Assembly (NCBI GenBank): GCA_964458555.1
Contig: CAYWJH010000005.1
Location: 748 to 64,747 of the forward strand
DNA: 64,000 nt
Direction of reading: 5' to 3'
Source: an uncultured Spirochaetaceae bacterium
GTDB taxonomy: Bacteria; Spirochaetota; Spirochaetia; DSM-27196; SLST01
Within the stretch, counting starts at the first letter, position 1. Every line of letters begins with the position of its first letter. The notes beneath the pieces were generated by a model. The model made no database searches and was not told where the DNA came from. It saw only the letters and a list, made by a program, of their open reading frames with translations. The position numbers were made by a program, and so were the translations under genes. Of this stretch, positions 26,655-40,400 are shown in pieces.

Positions 26655-28558
26655 TCGTCGTTGGTCTCCTCGGAATCTGACCCATCGTCGCTGAGATCGG
26701 TGAGGTCCGCTCGCTCAGGTAAGCCGAGCAACTCGCGCACCTCGCGGTCGACGAGAGTCTCCCGTTCGACGAGCGCGTCGGTGAGCTTTCCCAGCTCGGC
26801 TCGATGTTCGGTAAGGATCTGCTTCGTCAAAGCGAACGCGTCGTCGAGTATCTGGTGGATTGCGTCGTCGATCTGCCTCGCCTTCTCTTCCGAGTAGTCC
26901 TTGTGACGAGCGATCTCCTTGCCCAGGAAGATCGGCTGGTCCTCCTGTCCGTAGGCCACCGGACCGAGCGGGCTCATGCCCCACTCCGTGACCATCTTGC
27001 GCGCAATGTCGGTCGCCTGCGCGAGATCCGCCTGCGTGCCGGTCGTGGTCTCGTCGTAGAACATCTCCTCGGCGATGTAACCGCCGTAGGCGATCTTGAT
27101 TCGGTCGAGCAACCACCCGCGACCGTGGGAGTACGTGTCCTTCTCGGGCAACGAGAACGCGACGCCGAGCGCACGCCCCCGGGGAACGATGGTCACCTTG
27201 TGCAGCGGATCGGAGTTCGCGAGGTAGTAGTGCAAGAGCGCGTGGCCGGCTTCGTGACAGGCGGTCTTGCGCTTCTCGTCCTCGGTGAACACCCGCGAAC
27301 GACGCGCGACCCCCATCATGATCTTGTCGCGCGCTTCCTCGAAGTCGTCCATCTGGACGAGCTCGCGGTTACGACGCGCCGCGTACAGGGCAGCCTCGTT
27401 GACGAGGTTCGCGATATCCGCGCCCGAGCAGCCCGGCGTCGCCCGGGCCACGCGATCCAGATCGACCCTCGGCGAGAGGGGAACCTTCGACGCGTGAATC
27501 TTCAGGATCGCGGCGCGCTCCCCGTGGTCCGGCATGTCGACGACGACCTGGCGGTCGAACCGACCCGGGCGCATGAGCGCGGGGTCGAGCACGTCCGCGC
27601 GGTTGGTAGCCGCAAGGATGATGACGCCGTCCTTCGTGTCGAACCCGTCCATCTCCACGAGCATCTGGTTCAGCGTCTGCTCGCGTTCGTCGTGGCCGCC
27701 ACCGTAACCGGCTCCGCGGGTTCGTCCGACGGCGTCGAGCTCGTCGATGAACAGGATACACGGAGCACTCTTGCGCCCCTGCTCGAAGAGATCGCGCACG
27801 CGGCTCGCGCCCACACCGACGAACATCTCGACGAAGTCGGACCCCGACATGTGGAAGAACGAGACCCCGGCCTCGCCGGCGCATGCTTTCGCGAGGAGCG
27901 TCTTGCCGGTGCCGGGCATCCCGACGAGGAGGACGCCCTTTGGGATCTTCGCGCCCATCCGCGTGAACTTGGCCGGATTCTTGAGGAACTCCACGACTTC
28001 CTGCAGCTCGTATTTCGCTTCGGCCTGCCCGGCGACGTCGGCAAAGACGACCTTCCTTCCGTCGTCGGCGTACTTCTTTGCCCGGCTCTTGCCGAAGGAG
28101 AACGCGCGATTTCCGCTCCCCTGCATCTGTCGGAACATGAACCAGATGATGAAGATCCCGAAGACCCAGGGAAAGAGATTGAGCAGGATCTGCCAGGTGG
28201 GGACGCTTCCGGTCTGACCCCGCGTAGGAACGCTTTCCTCGCGCAGGAGACGCATGAGCTCGTCGTCGAAATACGGTATCCGCGTCCGGAAGATCGCTCC
28301 TTCGCCTCCCATCCCCTGGAGGCGCCCCCGTATCTCGTACTGGTCGATGATCGTGACCGATTCGACCCGGTCCTGCTCGACGTAGTCGAGAAAGGTCGAG
28401 TAGTCGATTTCTACGCCGGTGTTTCGGGCGGGGGAGGACAGCAGAAGGATAAAGATCCCGAGGATCGCCAGCAGCAGTATCAGCGCAAAGCGGTTGTTGC
28501 GGAAGTTGAAATTGAACGGGTCCTGATTGTTCCCGTTGTTCTTGTGGTCGTCACCCAT
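26651..28558 (-). CDS. ftsH: ATP-dependent zinc metalloprotease FtsH
   Basis: Walker [14 protein letters not shown], Walker [12 protein letters not shown] region, zinc motif HEAGHAL. Confidence 0.97.
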   Translation of the reverse strand: MGDDHKNNGNNQDPFNFNFRNNRFALILLLAILGIFILLLSSPARNTGVEIDYSTFLDYVEQDRVESVTIIDQYEIRGRLQGMGGEGAIFRTRIPYFDDELMRLLREESVPTRGQTGSVPTWQILLNLFPWVFGIFIIWFMFRQMQGSGNRAFSFGKSRAKKYADDGRKVVFADVAGQAEAKYELQEVVEFLKNPAKFTRMGAKIPKGVLLVGMPGTGKTLLAKACAGEAGVSFFHMSGSDFVEMFVGVGASRVRDLFEQGRKSAPCILFIDELDAVGRTRGAGYGGGHDEREQTLNQMLVEMDGFDTKDGVIILAATNRADVLDPALMRPGRFDRQVVVDMPDHGERAAILKIHASKVPLSPRVDLDRVARATPGCSGADIANLVNEAALYAARRNRELVQMDDFEEARDKIMMGVARRSRVFTEDEKRKTACHEAGHALLHYYLANSDPLHKVTIVPRGRALGVAFSLPEKDTYSHGRGWLLDRIKIAYGGYIAEEMFYDETTTGTQADLAQATDIARKMVTEWGMSPLGPVAYGQEDQPIFLGKEIARHKDYSEEKARQIDDAIHQILDDAFALTKQILTEHRAELGKLTDALVERETLVDREVRELLGLPERADLTDLSDDGSDSEETNDE

Positions 28559-28561
28559 ACC

Positions 28562-29980
28562 CTACTCGAGCGCAGACCGTACGATCAGGAAGCCGTTGTC
28601 CTCGCCACGGTCGTCCGGGCGAAGAACGTCGCGGTAGCCAAGCACCGAGCCGACGACGGCTGTCACGCCGTACCGGTCGACGACCACCGGAATCAGACCG
28701 CGATCGGCCCGCGGCACGCCCATACCGGCGAGCAACGCGGGAACAGATCGGCCTTCTCCTGTCATACGGTCCCCGGAACGCGGTGCACGCACCACGACCG
28801 GGCGCCTTATCCTATTCAAGTGTAGCACACGGTCTCGCAAGAATGTGCACGGTTCCCGAGCGAGCGTGAGCGACCATCCGAGCCCGGCGTCGACCGGGCG
28901 ACCGGCGGCCATAGTTCGAAGATACCCACTTTCCCTGGACCGGACAATATCACGCTCGACGAGCAGCGCTTCGGCGGCAAGCTCCACGCGAACGCCGCGG
29001 GCCGCGATCATCGTTCTCGCCCCGCCGGGATCGCGCCCCAGGAGAGGAGCGAAGAACCGCTGCGCCGGTCTGTCGCGCCGTTCGAGCATACCGAGCGCGC
29101 GCAGCGCGCCGTAGAGAAGCTCGAGCCGCGCATCCGCGTCGAGCTCGAAGAATCGCCTCCGGTCGATGCGCGCCGCGACACCGTCGTACGCGACCCCGCA
29201 GGTGGCCGCGCGAGCAATCACCAGTTCTCGCGCGCGCTGCGTCGCTCGGGACAGAAGTGAGAGGTCGTGCCGGATCGCCGGCCAGCGCTCTTCGAGCCGC
29301 GGCAGGATCTCGTGGCGAACGAAGTTCCGCCGGTACGCCCGGCTCTCGTTCGTGCGGTCCTCGCTCCAGCGCAAGCCGCGGCGATCGAGCGCCGCGATGA
29401 CGTGCTTTCGGCGCACCTCGAGCAGCGGCCGATGGACGGTCACGCGCTCGTCGAGCTCCCGCGACCACGGAATTCCCGCCAGTAAGGTTCCCTTCACCCC
29501 GTCGAGCAGGCGCATCAACACCGTCTCCTCCTGATCGTCGCGAGTGTGGGCTGTCACGAGCACGCGGGCACCGCAGGCGTGGCACGCACCGCGAAGAAAA
29601 CGGTATCGCATCGAACGCGCCGCGGACTCAGGACCGCCGGCAGGGCCGGTCTCGTCAAACACCGCCCGCCGATGGGTAAGGTCGGACTCCACCGGTCTGC
29701 GCGCCTCGCCCCGCGCGCGTCCCACGACGAGCGGCACTCCGCACCCGGCTGCAAGCATTCGCACGACCCGCAGGTCCTGCTCGCGTTCGACTTCACTCCT
29801 GATGCCGTGATCAAAGTGCGCGAGCACCACGCGCTCGGCCGGCGAACGCCCCTGCTGCCGCACGGCATCGCAGATCGCAGCGGCGAGCGCGCTGCTGTCG
29901 GCTCCGCCGGAGACGGCCACGACGATCCTGTCGACATCCGCGTCGCGGAGCCACCGGCAAACCGCGTCCTCAACGCTCAT
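28562..29980 (-). CDS. tilS: tRNA(Ile)-lysidine synthetase
   Basis: N-terminal PP-loop VAVSGGADSSAL. 472 aa. Positioned between pth and ftsH. Confidence 0.88.
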   Translation of the reverse strand: MSVEDAVCRWLRDADVDRIVVAVSGGADSSALAAAICDAVRQQGRSPAERVVLAHFDHGIRSEVEREQDLRVVRMLAAGCGVPLVVGRARGEARRPVESDLTHRRAVFDETGPAGGPESAARSMRYRFLRGACHACGARVLVTAHTRDDQEETVLMRLLDGVKGTLLAGIPWSRELDERVTVHRPLLEVRRKHVIAALDRRGLRWSEDRTNESRAYRRNFVRHEILPRLEERWPAIRHDLSLLSRATQRARELVIARAATCGVAYDGVAARIDRRRFFELDADARLELLYGALRALGMLERRDRPAQRFFAPLLGRDPGGARTMIAARGVRVELAAEALLVERDIVRSRESGYLRTMAAGRPVDAGLGWSLTLAREPCTFLRDRVLHLNRIRRPVVVRAPRSGDRMTGEGRSVPALLAGMGVPRADRGLIPVVVDRYGVTAVVGSVLGYRDVLRPDDRGEDNGFLIVRSALE

Positions 29981-30522
29981 TGGCGTCTGTTGATCTGGTT
30001 CATCGCCGCGTCGAGCCCACGTTCGGCCACGTCGAGAACGGTTCTCGAGGCGACCGCGATCGCCTCTTCGTAGAGGTGCGCCTCGCTCTCATCCGGAGAA
30101 GACAAGACGTGATCGATCACCGCCTCGGGCGAGCCGGGATGGCCGATCCCTACGTACAGCCGTGCGAAATCGCCGGTTCCGAGCGCGTCCATGATCGAGA
30201 CGAGGCCGTTGTGCGATCGGCTCGAGCCGCGACGCTTGATCCGCACGACGCCGGGCTCGAGGTCCATGTTGTCGCACACCACGAGTACGTCGTCGACAGA
30301 GGCACCGGTCGCGCGCAGCAGCGCCGGCATGACGTCGCCGGAGCGATTCATGTAGGTGAGCGGCGTGACGAGCACGAGCTCGTCGCGACCGGACCATCGG
30401 TACGGACGGAACAGCCGCTTGCGGAGCGTCAGATCGTGCGCAGCGGCGACGCGCCGCACAACGTCAAATCCGACGTTGTGGCGCGTGCCTTCGAATCGAG
30501 GGCCGGGGTTACCCAGCCCCAC
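29977..30522 (-). CDS. pth: Peptidyl-tRNA hydrolase
   Basis: GLGNPGPRFEGTRHNVGF motif. The conserved motif starts at the annotated GTG, so the true start may be a few codons upstream on a non-canonical codon (ALLLVVGLGNPG is in frame). Confidence 0.9.
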   Translation of the reverse strand: MGLGNPGPRFEGTRHNVGFDVVRRVAAAHDLTLRKRLFRPYRWSGRDELVLVTPLTYMNRSGDVMPALLRATGASVDDVLVVCDNMDLEPGVVRIKRRGSSRSHNGLVSIMDALGTGDFARLYVGIGHPGSPEAVIDHVLSSPDESEAHLYEEAIAVASRTVLDVAERGLDAAMNQINRRQ

Positions 30523-30538
30523 AACGAGCAGCAGAGCC

Positions 30539-31201
30539 CTACTCCTCGGCGCCTTCCTCGGACGCTTCGCCCTCGGCGGCCTCGCCTTCTTCGCCTTCCT
30601 CGGCGACCTCGCCTTCCTCGAGCTCCTCTTCCTCTGCCTCGGGTTCGACTTCGAGCCGCGGCATGGCGACGAGCGCGATAACGTTCTCCTCGCTGCTGAG
30701 AAGCGTGACTCCCTCGGGTGCCTCGAGGTCGCTGACGTGTACCGAGTCCCCGACGGCGAGGTCGGTCACGTCTACCTGGAACGCCTCGGGGATGTCCTTC
30801 GGCAGACACTCGATCTCGACCTCGTAGAGCTGCTGTTCGAGGATTCCGCCCTCGCGCGTCCCGACCGCGGAGCCCTCGAGATGGATACCAATGTGGGTTC
30901 GCAGAGTCTTCCCTGCCTCGATCTCGAAGAAGTCGATGTGATCGACACCGCCGGTGAGAATGTCCTCCTGGTAGTCCTTGATGAGGACTTCGTAGGTCTC
31001 GTCTCCCACCGTCAGCTTGATGATCTGGCTCTCCGAGATGATCTTGAATTCACGAATGAACTCCAGCCCATCGATGGTCACGGGCACCGGCTCGCGATGT
31101 CCGTAGATCACGGCGGGGATCTTGCCGGCGCGTCGCAACCGACGGGCTGCACCGGTCTTCAGCTCGGTCCGCGCAGATGCGCTCAGCGTCTTCTGGTCCA
31201 T
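30539..31201 (-). CDS. rplY: 50S ribosomal protein L25 / general stress protein Ctc, with an acidic tail
   Basis: 220 aa. Ctc-type N- and C-domains (RRAGKIPAVIYG...) and a Glu-rich C-terminus. Confidence 0.9.
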   Translation of the reverse strand: MDQKTLSASARTELKTGAARRLRRAGKIPAVIYGHREPVPVTIDGLEFIREFKIISESQIIKLTVGDETYEVLIKDYQEDILTGGVDHIDFFEIEAGKTLRTHIGIHLEGSAVGTREGGILEQQLYEVEIECLPKDIPEAFQVDVTDLAVGDSVHVSDLEAPEGVTLLSSEENVIALVAMPRLEVEPEAEEEELEEGEVAEEGEEGEAAEGEASEEGAEE

Positions 31202-31254
31202 TGCTATCTCCTGGTCGGGTAAACTACTAAATCTTCACAGGCTCGAACAGGCCC

Positions 31255-31599
31255 TCACGGGTGAACGTCGTCTCCGGAACCCGTCTGCGTTTGGGAATCC
31301 GCGCCGTGTCCGGCCGCATTCACTCCCTCGGACCGGGGCTCCGGGCCTTCATCGGCCTCGTAGGCAGCCACGATCTTATCCTGGAGCACGTTCCGGAACT
31401 CCGAGGTGATCGGATGAGCCACGTCCTTGAAATCGCCGTTCTTCGTCTTCCGGCTGGGCATCGCGATGAAGACACGGTCGGCGCCCTCGATCACTTTCAC
31501 GTTGTGCACCACAAAGCAGGCATCGAAGGTAACCGTCACGTAGGCCTTCAGCTTTCCCTGGGTGTCTACCTTCCGAACCCGGATATCCGTAATCTCCAT
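31255..31599 (-). CDS. spoVG: Septation / regulatory protein SpoVG
   Basis: MEITDIRVRKV...KLKAYVTVTFDACFVVHNVKVIEG...FIAMPSRK is a near-canonical SpoVG N-domain. Confidence 0.95.
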   Translation of the reverse strand: MEITDIRVRKVDTQGKLKAYVTVTFDACFVVHNVKVIEGADRVFIAMPSRKTKNGDFKDVAHPITSEFRNVLQDKIVAAYEADEGPEPRSEGVNAAGHGADSQTQTGSGDDVHP

Positions 31600-31658
31600 C
31601 TTGTTGCTCCTTTGAGGCTCAGTAGACGAAAAAAGAGACCATACCGTGGCAACGGGTT

Positions 31659-31686
31659 ATTATACGTCAGGGAGAGCACATGTCAA
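31659..31686 (-). promoter_or_regulatory. Consensus sigma70 promoter of spoVG (TTGACA-N16-TATAAT)
   Basis: Both hexamers are perfect when read on the minus strand. The -10 element lies about 60 nt upstream of the spoVG ATG. Confidence 0.8.
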
Positions 31687-31732
31687 TGAAAGAGGAGCGC
31701 GTCGGTCCGGATTCCAGCCGGGAGGGAGGAGC

Positions 31733-31924
31733 ATGAGCGATTGGGACGATGACGAGGATTTTGACGACATCGAGTCCGATCCGGACTACGACGGCGTCGA
31801 CGATGTCTACGACGACGAACCCGATTACGACGACATAGACGATGACGATATAGACGACGACATCGAGTTCGACACCTACGACGAGGAACCCGACGACGCC
31901 GAGTTCGACGACGAGGCCGAGTAG
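31733..31924 (+). CDS. Hyper-acidic small protein (63 aa: 30 Asp, 9 Glu, no Lys/Arg/His)
   Basis: The ATG is preceded by GGAGGGAGGAGC. Sequence: MSDWDDDEDFDDIESDPDYDGVDDVYDDEPDYDDIDDDDIDDDIEFDTYDEEPDDAEFDDEAE. The 3' 49 nt overlap the rsfS ORF tail on the opposite strand. Confidence 0.55.
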   Translation: MSDWDDDEDFDDIESDPDYDGVDDVYDDEPDYDDIDDDDIDDDIEFDTYDEEPDDAEFDDEAE

Positions 31925-32274
31925 ATCTCATTCGCGCCGAACCACAACCGCTCGAGCTCGTAGAACTCGCGCAGTTCTTCGGTCATCAGGTGGATGACGA
32001 CGAATCCCACGTCGATCAGCACCCAACCGATCTCGGTGTCGCGTTTGCGCGGATGCAGCGGTTCGAGCTCGAGCGACCGGAAGAGCTCGTCGAGCTGCAG
32101 AATGAGCCCCCGCAGGTGCCCCTGCGAGTTCACCGTGGCGATGACAAAGTAGTCGGCGAACCCGCAGCTGCCGGTAACGTCGAGTGCAACCGGGTCGCGC
32201 GCCTGCGCGTCGTCGAGCAGACGCGCTACTTCCAGTACCTGCGTACGATGATTATCTGACATAGCGTCCGTCAA
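31876..32274 (-). CDS. rsfS: Ribosomal silencing factor RsfS (iojap family)
   Basis: Motifs ADYFVIATVNSQGHLRGL and GWVLIDVGFVVIHLM...REFYELERLW. The Ser-rich last ~15 codons are the antisense of the acidic gene. Confidence 0.9.
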   Translation of the reverse strand: MTDAMSDNHRTQVLEVARLLDDAQARDPVALDVTGSCGFADYFVIATVNSQGHLRGLILQLDELFRSLELEPLHPRKRDTEIGWVLIDVGFVVIHLMTEELREFYELERLWFGANEIYSASSSNSASSGSSS

Positions 32275-33441
32275 AATCCTTACCGAGAATGATCGTCACG
32301 TCAACCGCCGCCTGCGGATCGAGGTCGGTGTCCACGAGCGGCGCACGGATGATGTCCGCGGTGCGCCGGGCGAAGATATCGTTGCCCACACGGTCTACGA
32401 CGAGCGTGTTCTCCACGTTGCCGCTCTGGGCGTTTCCCACCGCGACGACGTCGAACCCGTAGCTCCGGTAGAGCTCGGCGGTCCGGCGCGCGAGTCCGGT
32501 CACGTCGGTACCGTTGAGAATCTCCAGCCGGATCACGATGTTCTCGTCGCGCACCGATCCCTCCGATGCGAGATTATCCACCACCTGGCGCACCGACTCT
32601 TTGAGCCAGCGGCCCTCCTGATGCGGGAAGAGCAGCACCTTTTCCGCTCCGTCGGTGACAACCCGCCGGTCGACACCCTCAACCTGTCGCGTGATCAACC
32701 GGTCGCTCTCGAGCGCGCCGAGCTCACGCATCAGCGAGACGAGCGCCGCCCGTTCGATGTTCGTGTTCATGTGGTCGATCAACACCCGCGAGGTTCGCGG
32801 GTCGGAGAACGTCCGGTGGTTCTCTCCGAGCTCGTCGAGCAGCGACATCACGAGCTTCTGGTGTCGAGCGATTCTCTCCCGGGCGCGCTCCCCGTCCCCC
32901 GCGTAGGTGACGTACTCGACTGCCTTTGCCCCGTCGAGTACGACGTCGCCGCTGGGGATCCGCACCGCGTTCGGCCCCTCGTTCGGCAAGTCGGTCACAA
33001 AGACCGACACTCCGGCGAGCAGATCCACGACCGCCTCGAGTCCGGCCTCGTCGAGGTGGATCGAGAACGGAACATCGACGCCCACCAGCGTACCCACCGC
33101 CTGCCGGTACGCGTCGATCCCGTCGGTGAAGAAGACCGTGTCGATCGAATCGATGCGATTCAGCGACTCGACGACGACACCGGTGCGACTCGGCACGTCG
33201 AACAACGCCCCCCGATCGGACGTAAACTCGTAGAACAGCGTCTGGGTCGACAGACGACCGTCGTCGAGCTCGATGACGACGAGCATGGCGAGCTGCCCTC
33301 CGCTCGCAACGAGATCCGAGATCTCGTCCGTTCGTAGAGCAAGGCTTACCACGACCACGGCGACGACGATCACCGCCACGATCACGATGAGAAGGAGCAC
33401 ACCCTTGTCGATTCCACCTCGTTGCATACTGCTTCGGTCCG

Positions 33442-33445
<4 letters not shown>
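32252..33445 (-). CDS. LytR-CpsA-Psr (LCP) family protein with a LytR_C domain
   Basis: N-terminal TM anchor, an LCP core and a C-terminal LytR_C-like segment (IRLEILNGTDVTGLARRTAELYRSYGFDVVAVGNA). Confidence 0.8.
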
Positions 33446-35261
<1,816 letters not shown>

Positions 35262-35272
<11 letters not shown>

Positions 35273-35612
35273 GCGTATCTCCTTCGTACTCAACAGCCAT
35301 CGTGACCTCCTGCGGCGACTCGCGCGCGATCCGCCCGATCCCGGTCACGATTACGTCGGTGACTCCGCGCAGCCACAATTCGGCGCCTGCAGCCACCCTG
35401 TCGATGCCCAGGACGAGATCACCGGGTGCCTCTGCCGAACCAGCCGCTGCGATGTCGTCCCGCTCGTCGATCGTCTGCGCGCACGCGCGGACGATCCCGC
35501 TCACCGCCGCGCATTCGGCACTCACCGTCCGCGACCCGAGCGATGCGTGCCCGCGGACCGTAAGCGATGAGAGCACCCCGCTCCCGTCGACCACGACCCG
35601 GACGTCGATCAC
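35262..35612 (-). CDS. Prp (DUF464) ribosomal-processing cysteine protease homologue
   Basis: Lies between rplU and rpmA. His/Cys context [19 protein letters not shown] has the same H-to-C spacing as the GHA...VCAGAS motif I recall for Staphylococcus Prp. Confidence 0.8.
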
Positions 35613-35923
35613 GAGCCGGTGATCTCCTCCACACGGAGAAGCGTGTAGTCCTGGCGATGCCCGCGCGTCCTCTTGTACCGCTTTCGTCGCTTGTACTTGT
35701 GCACGATCACCTTGTCGCCGCGAACGTGGTCCTCGACGACCGCCTTCACCTTGGCACCCGAAACGTAGGGCTCGCCGATCTTCACACTCGAATCGTCGCG
35801 GAGCATCAGGACACTGTCGAACTCGACGACGTCACCCTTCTCCGAGGCAACGCGCTGTACGGTGAGAAGGTCGCCCTTCTCCGCCTTGTACTGGTTGCCC
35901 TTGATCTCCACCATTGCGTACAT
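35609..35923 (-). CDS. rplU: 50S ribosomal protein L21
   Basis: MYAMVEIKGNQYKAEKGDLL...KRRKRYKRTRGHRQ. Confidence 0.95.
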   Translation of the reverse strand: MYAMVEIKGNQYKAEKGDLLTVQRVASEKGDVVEFDSVLMLRDDSSVKIGEPYVSGAKVKAVVEDHVRGDKVIVHKYKRRKRYKRTRGHRQDYTLLRVEEITGS

Positions 35924-35981
35924 ACTTCTTCCTTGTAATGCTCGAGGTAGCGCTATAAGTAACCAAGAATTGCGCGTCGCG

Positions 35982-37464
<1,483 letters not shown>

Positions 37465-37472
<8 letters not shown>

Positions 37473-40400
37473 GAACGGCCTCCCGCATGCTTTTCTCCTC
37501 CTGCAGCTCGAGGACCCGGCGGAACGCCGGCGAGATCACTTTGTGGAACTTCGCGATATTCGCGTCCCAATCGTCGAGCATGCGTCCAGCGATCTCGCTG
37601 CCGGTGTACTCGTGGTGCCACGCGACGAGCTGGCGCACCTCCGCGATCTCCTGCTCGCTCTCGAGCCTCATCAGCTCGACCATTCCCGGGTTCACCTTGC
37701 TCGGGAAATCGCCGAGTGTGTCGTAGACGTACGCTATCCCGCCGCTCATCCCGGCCCCGAAGTTGCGCCCGGTGCCGCCAAGGATGACGGCACGACCTGC
37801 TGTCATGTACTCGCAGCCGTGGTCGCCGACTCCTTCGATGACGACGTGCGCCCCGGAGTTGCGGACGCAGAACCGCTCGGCGGCCATGCCCCGGAAGAAC
37901 CCGTACCCGCGGATCGCGCCGTAGAGCGCGACGTTGCCGATGATGATGTTCTCCTCCGACCTGAACCGGCTGCCCCTCGGCGGATACGCGATGAGCATCC
38001 CACCGGAGAGTCCCTTGCCAACGTAGTCGTTCGCGTCGCCCTCGAGCTCGAGCGTCACGCCTTCCGACAGCCACGCGCCAAAGCTCTGCCCGGCCGATCC
38101 GGTCAGCTTCGCGTGAATCGTATCGCGGGGCAGCCCTTCGAGCCCGTAGCGCTTCGCGATCTCGTGGCTGAGCATCGTTCCCGTGGTGCGGTCGACGTTG
38201 CGGATGGGCAGTTCGACACGGACCGGCTCCTTCCGCTCGAGCGCCGGGGCGCTCAGCTCGATGAGCGTGCGGTCGAGCACGGCATCGATTCCGTGGTCCT
38301 GCGGAATGCAGCAGATCACCCGGCTCGACGGGTTCTTCTTCACCGCGGGGCTGAGCACCGCCGACAGATCCACCCCGGCCGACTTCCACTCGCGCACCGC
38401 GTCGTCCGCCTCGAGCATGTCGACGCGGCCGACCATGTCCTCGAACGTCCGGAAGCCGAGCTCGGCCATGATGCCGCGCAGATCCTCGGCGAGGAACATC
38501 ATGTAGTTCACCACGTCCTCCGGACGCCCGGTGAACTTGGCGCGCAGCCGCGGATCCTGAGTCGCCACACCCACCGGACACGTGTTCTTCTCGCACTTGC
38601 GCATCATGATGCAGCCGACCGCGATGAGCGCGCTCGTGGCGAACCCGCACTCCTCGGCACCGAGCATCGCGGCGATCGCGATGTCGCGCCCGGTCTTGAT
38701 CTGGCCGTCGGTCTGAACGACGACACGGCTGCGCAGGTCGTTCATCACGAGCGTCTGGTGCGTCTCGGCGAGTCCGAGCTCCCACGGCAACCCGGCGTGC
38801 TTGATGCCGGTAAGCGGGCTCGCGCCGGTCCCTCCGTCGTGACCGGAGATGAGGATGTGATCGGCGTGCGCCTTCGCCACACCCGCGGCGACCGTCCCGA
38901 CGCCGACCTCGCTCACGAGCTTCACGCTGACCCGCGCCCGCGGGTTGGAGTTCTTCAGGTCGAAGATGAGCTGTGCTAAGTCCTCGATCGAGTAGATGTC
39001 GTGGTGCGGCGGCGGGCTGATGAGCCCGACCCCGGGCGTCGAGAAACGCGTCTTCGCGATCACGTCGAACACCTTGTGCCCGGGAAGCTCGCCGCCCTCG
39101 CCCGGCTTCGCTCCTTGCGCCATCTTGATCTGCAGCTCGTCGGCCTGGCTGAGGTACTCGATCGTCACGCCGAACCGACCGCTGGCGACCTGTTTGATCG
39201 CGCTGCGCTTCGAGTCGCTGTTTGCGAGCGGCACGTAGCGCTCGGGCATCTCGCCGCCCTCACCCGTATTGCTCTTGCCACCGAGCCGGTTCATCGCGAT
39301 CGCGAGCGTCTCGTGCGCCTCCTGGCTGATCGACCCGAAGCTCATCGCACCGGTCGCGAAGCGGCGCACGATGCTCGCGGCCGGCTCCACCTCGTCGATC
39401 GGCACCGGAGTTCCGTCGCGGAACTTCAGAAGACCGCGGAGCGTCGCCTGCTCGCGGCTGCGCTCGTTCTGGTGGTCGGCGTACTGGCGATACGCGTCGG
39501 GGTCGTCCTGGCGAACCGCCCTCTGCAGGAGCGCGATGCTCTTCGGATCCCACATGTGCTTCTCGCCGTCGGTACGCCATTGGTAGTCGCCGGGGTTGAG
39601 CAGCTGGAATCCGTCCTCCGATCCGTCGAGGGGATACGCGAGCCGGTGCCTCCGATCGGCCTCCTCCGCGAGCTCGGCGAATCCGACGCCTTTGATACGG
39701 CTCGCGGTTCCCGCGAAGCTGGTGTTCACCACCTCGTCCTCGAGTCCGACGGCCTCGAAGATCTGCGCGCCCTTGTAGCTGTCGAGCGTGCTGATCCCCA
39801 TCTTCCCGAAGACCTTCCGCATTCCGTACGCGACCGCCCGGTGGTAACGCTCGACGATCTCGTCGTCGGCGAGCTCCGCGTTCAAGTCGCCGTCGTCGCG
39901 CATCTTCCACATCGTCTCGTAGGCGAGATACGGGTTGATCGCGTCGGCGCCGTAGCCGACGAGCATGCAGAAGTGGTGCACCTCGCGCGGCTCGCCGCTC
40001 TCGACGACGACGCCGATCTGCGTGCGCTTGTGCGTGCGCACGAGATGATGGTGCACCGTGCCGGTCGCGAGCAGCGCGGAGATCGGCACCCGTGTCCTGC
40101 CGGCGGCCCGATCGGAGAGCACGACCAGCGAGTACCCTTCCTCGATCGCCCGCTCGGCTTCGCCGGCGATCCGATCGAGCGCGGAGCGCAACCCGGCCGC
40201 CCCCCTCGCCTCCTCGTAGGTCGTGTCGATGACCCGGCTTCTCCACCCGCGGTGGTCCATCTCGACGATCTGAGCGAGTTGCGCGTTCGTGAGGATGGGC
40301 TCGTCGAGCTGAAGCCGATGCGCGTGCTCCGGGGTTACGTCGAGCAGGTTCCGCTCCGGCCCGATGTACGCCGAGAGGCTCATGATGATGTCTTCGCGGA

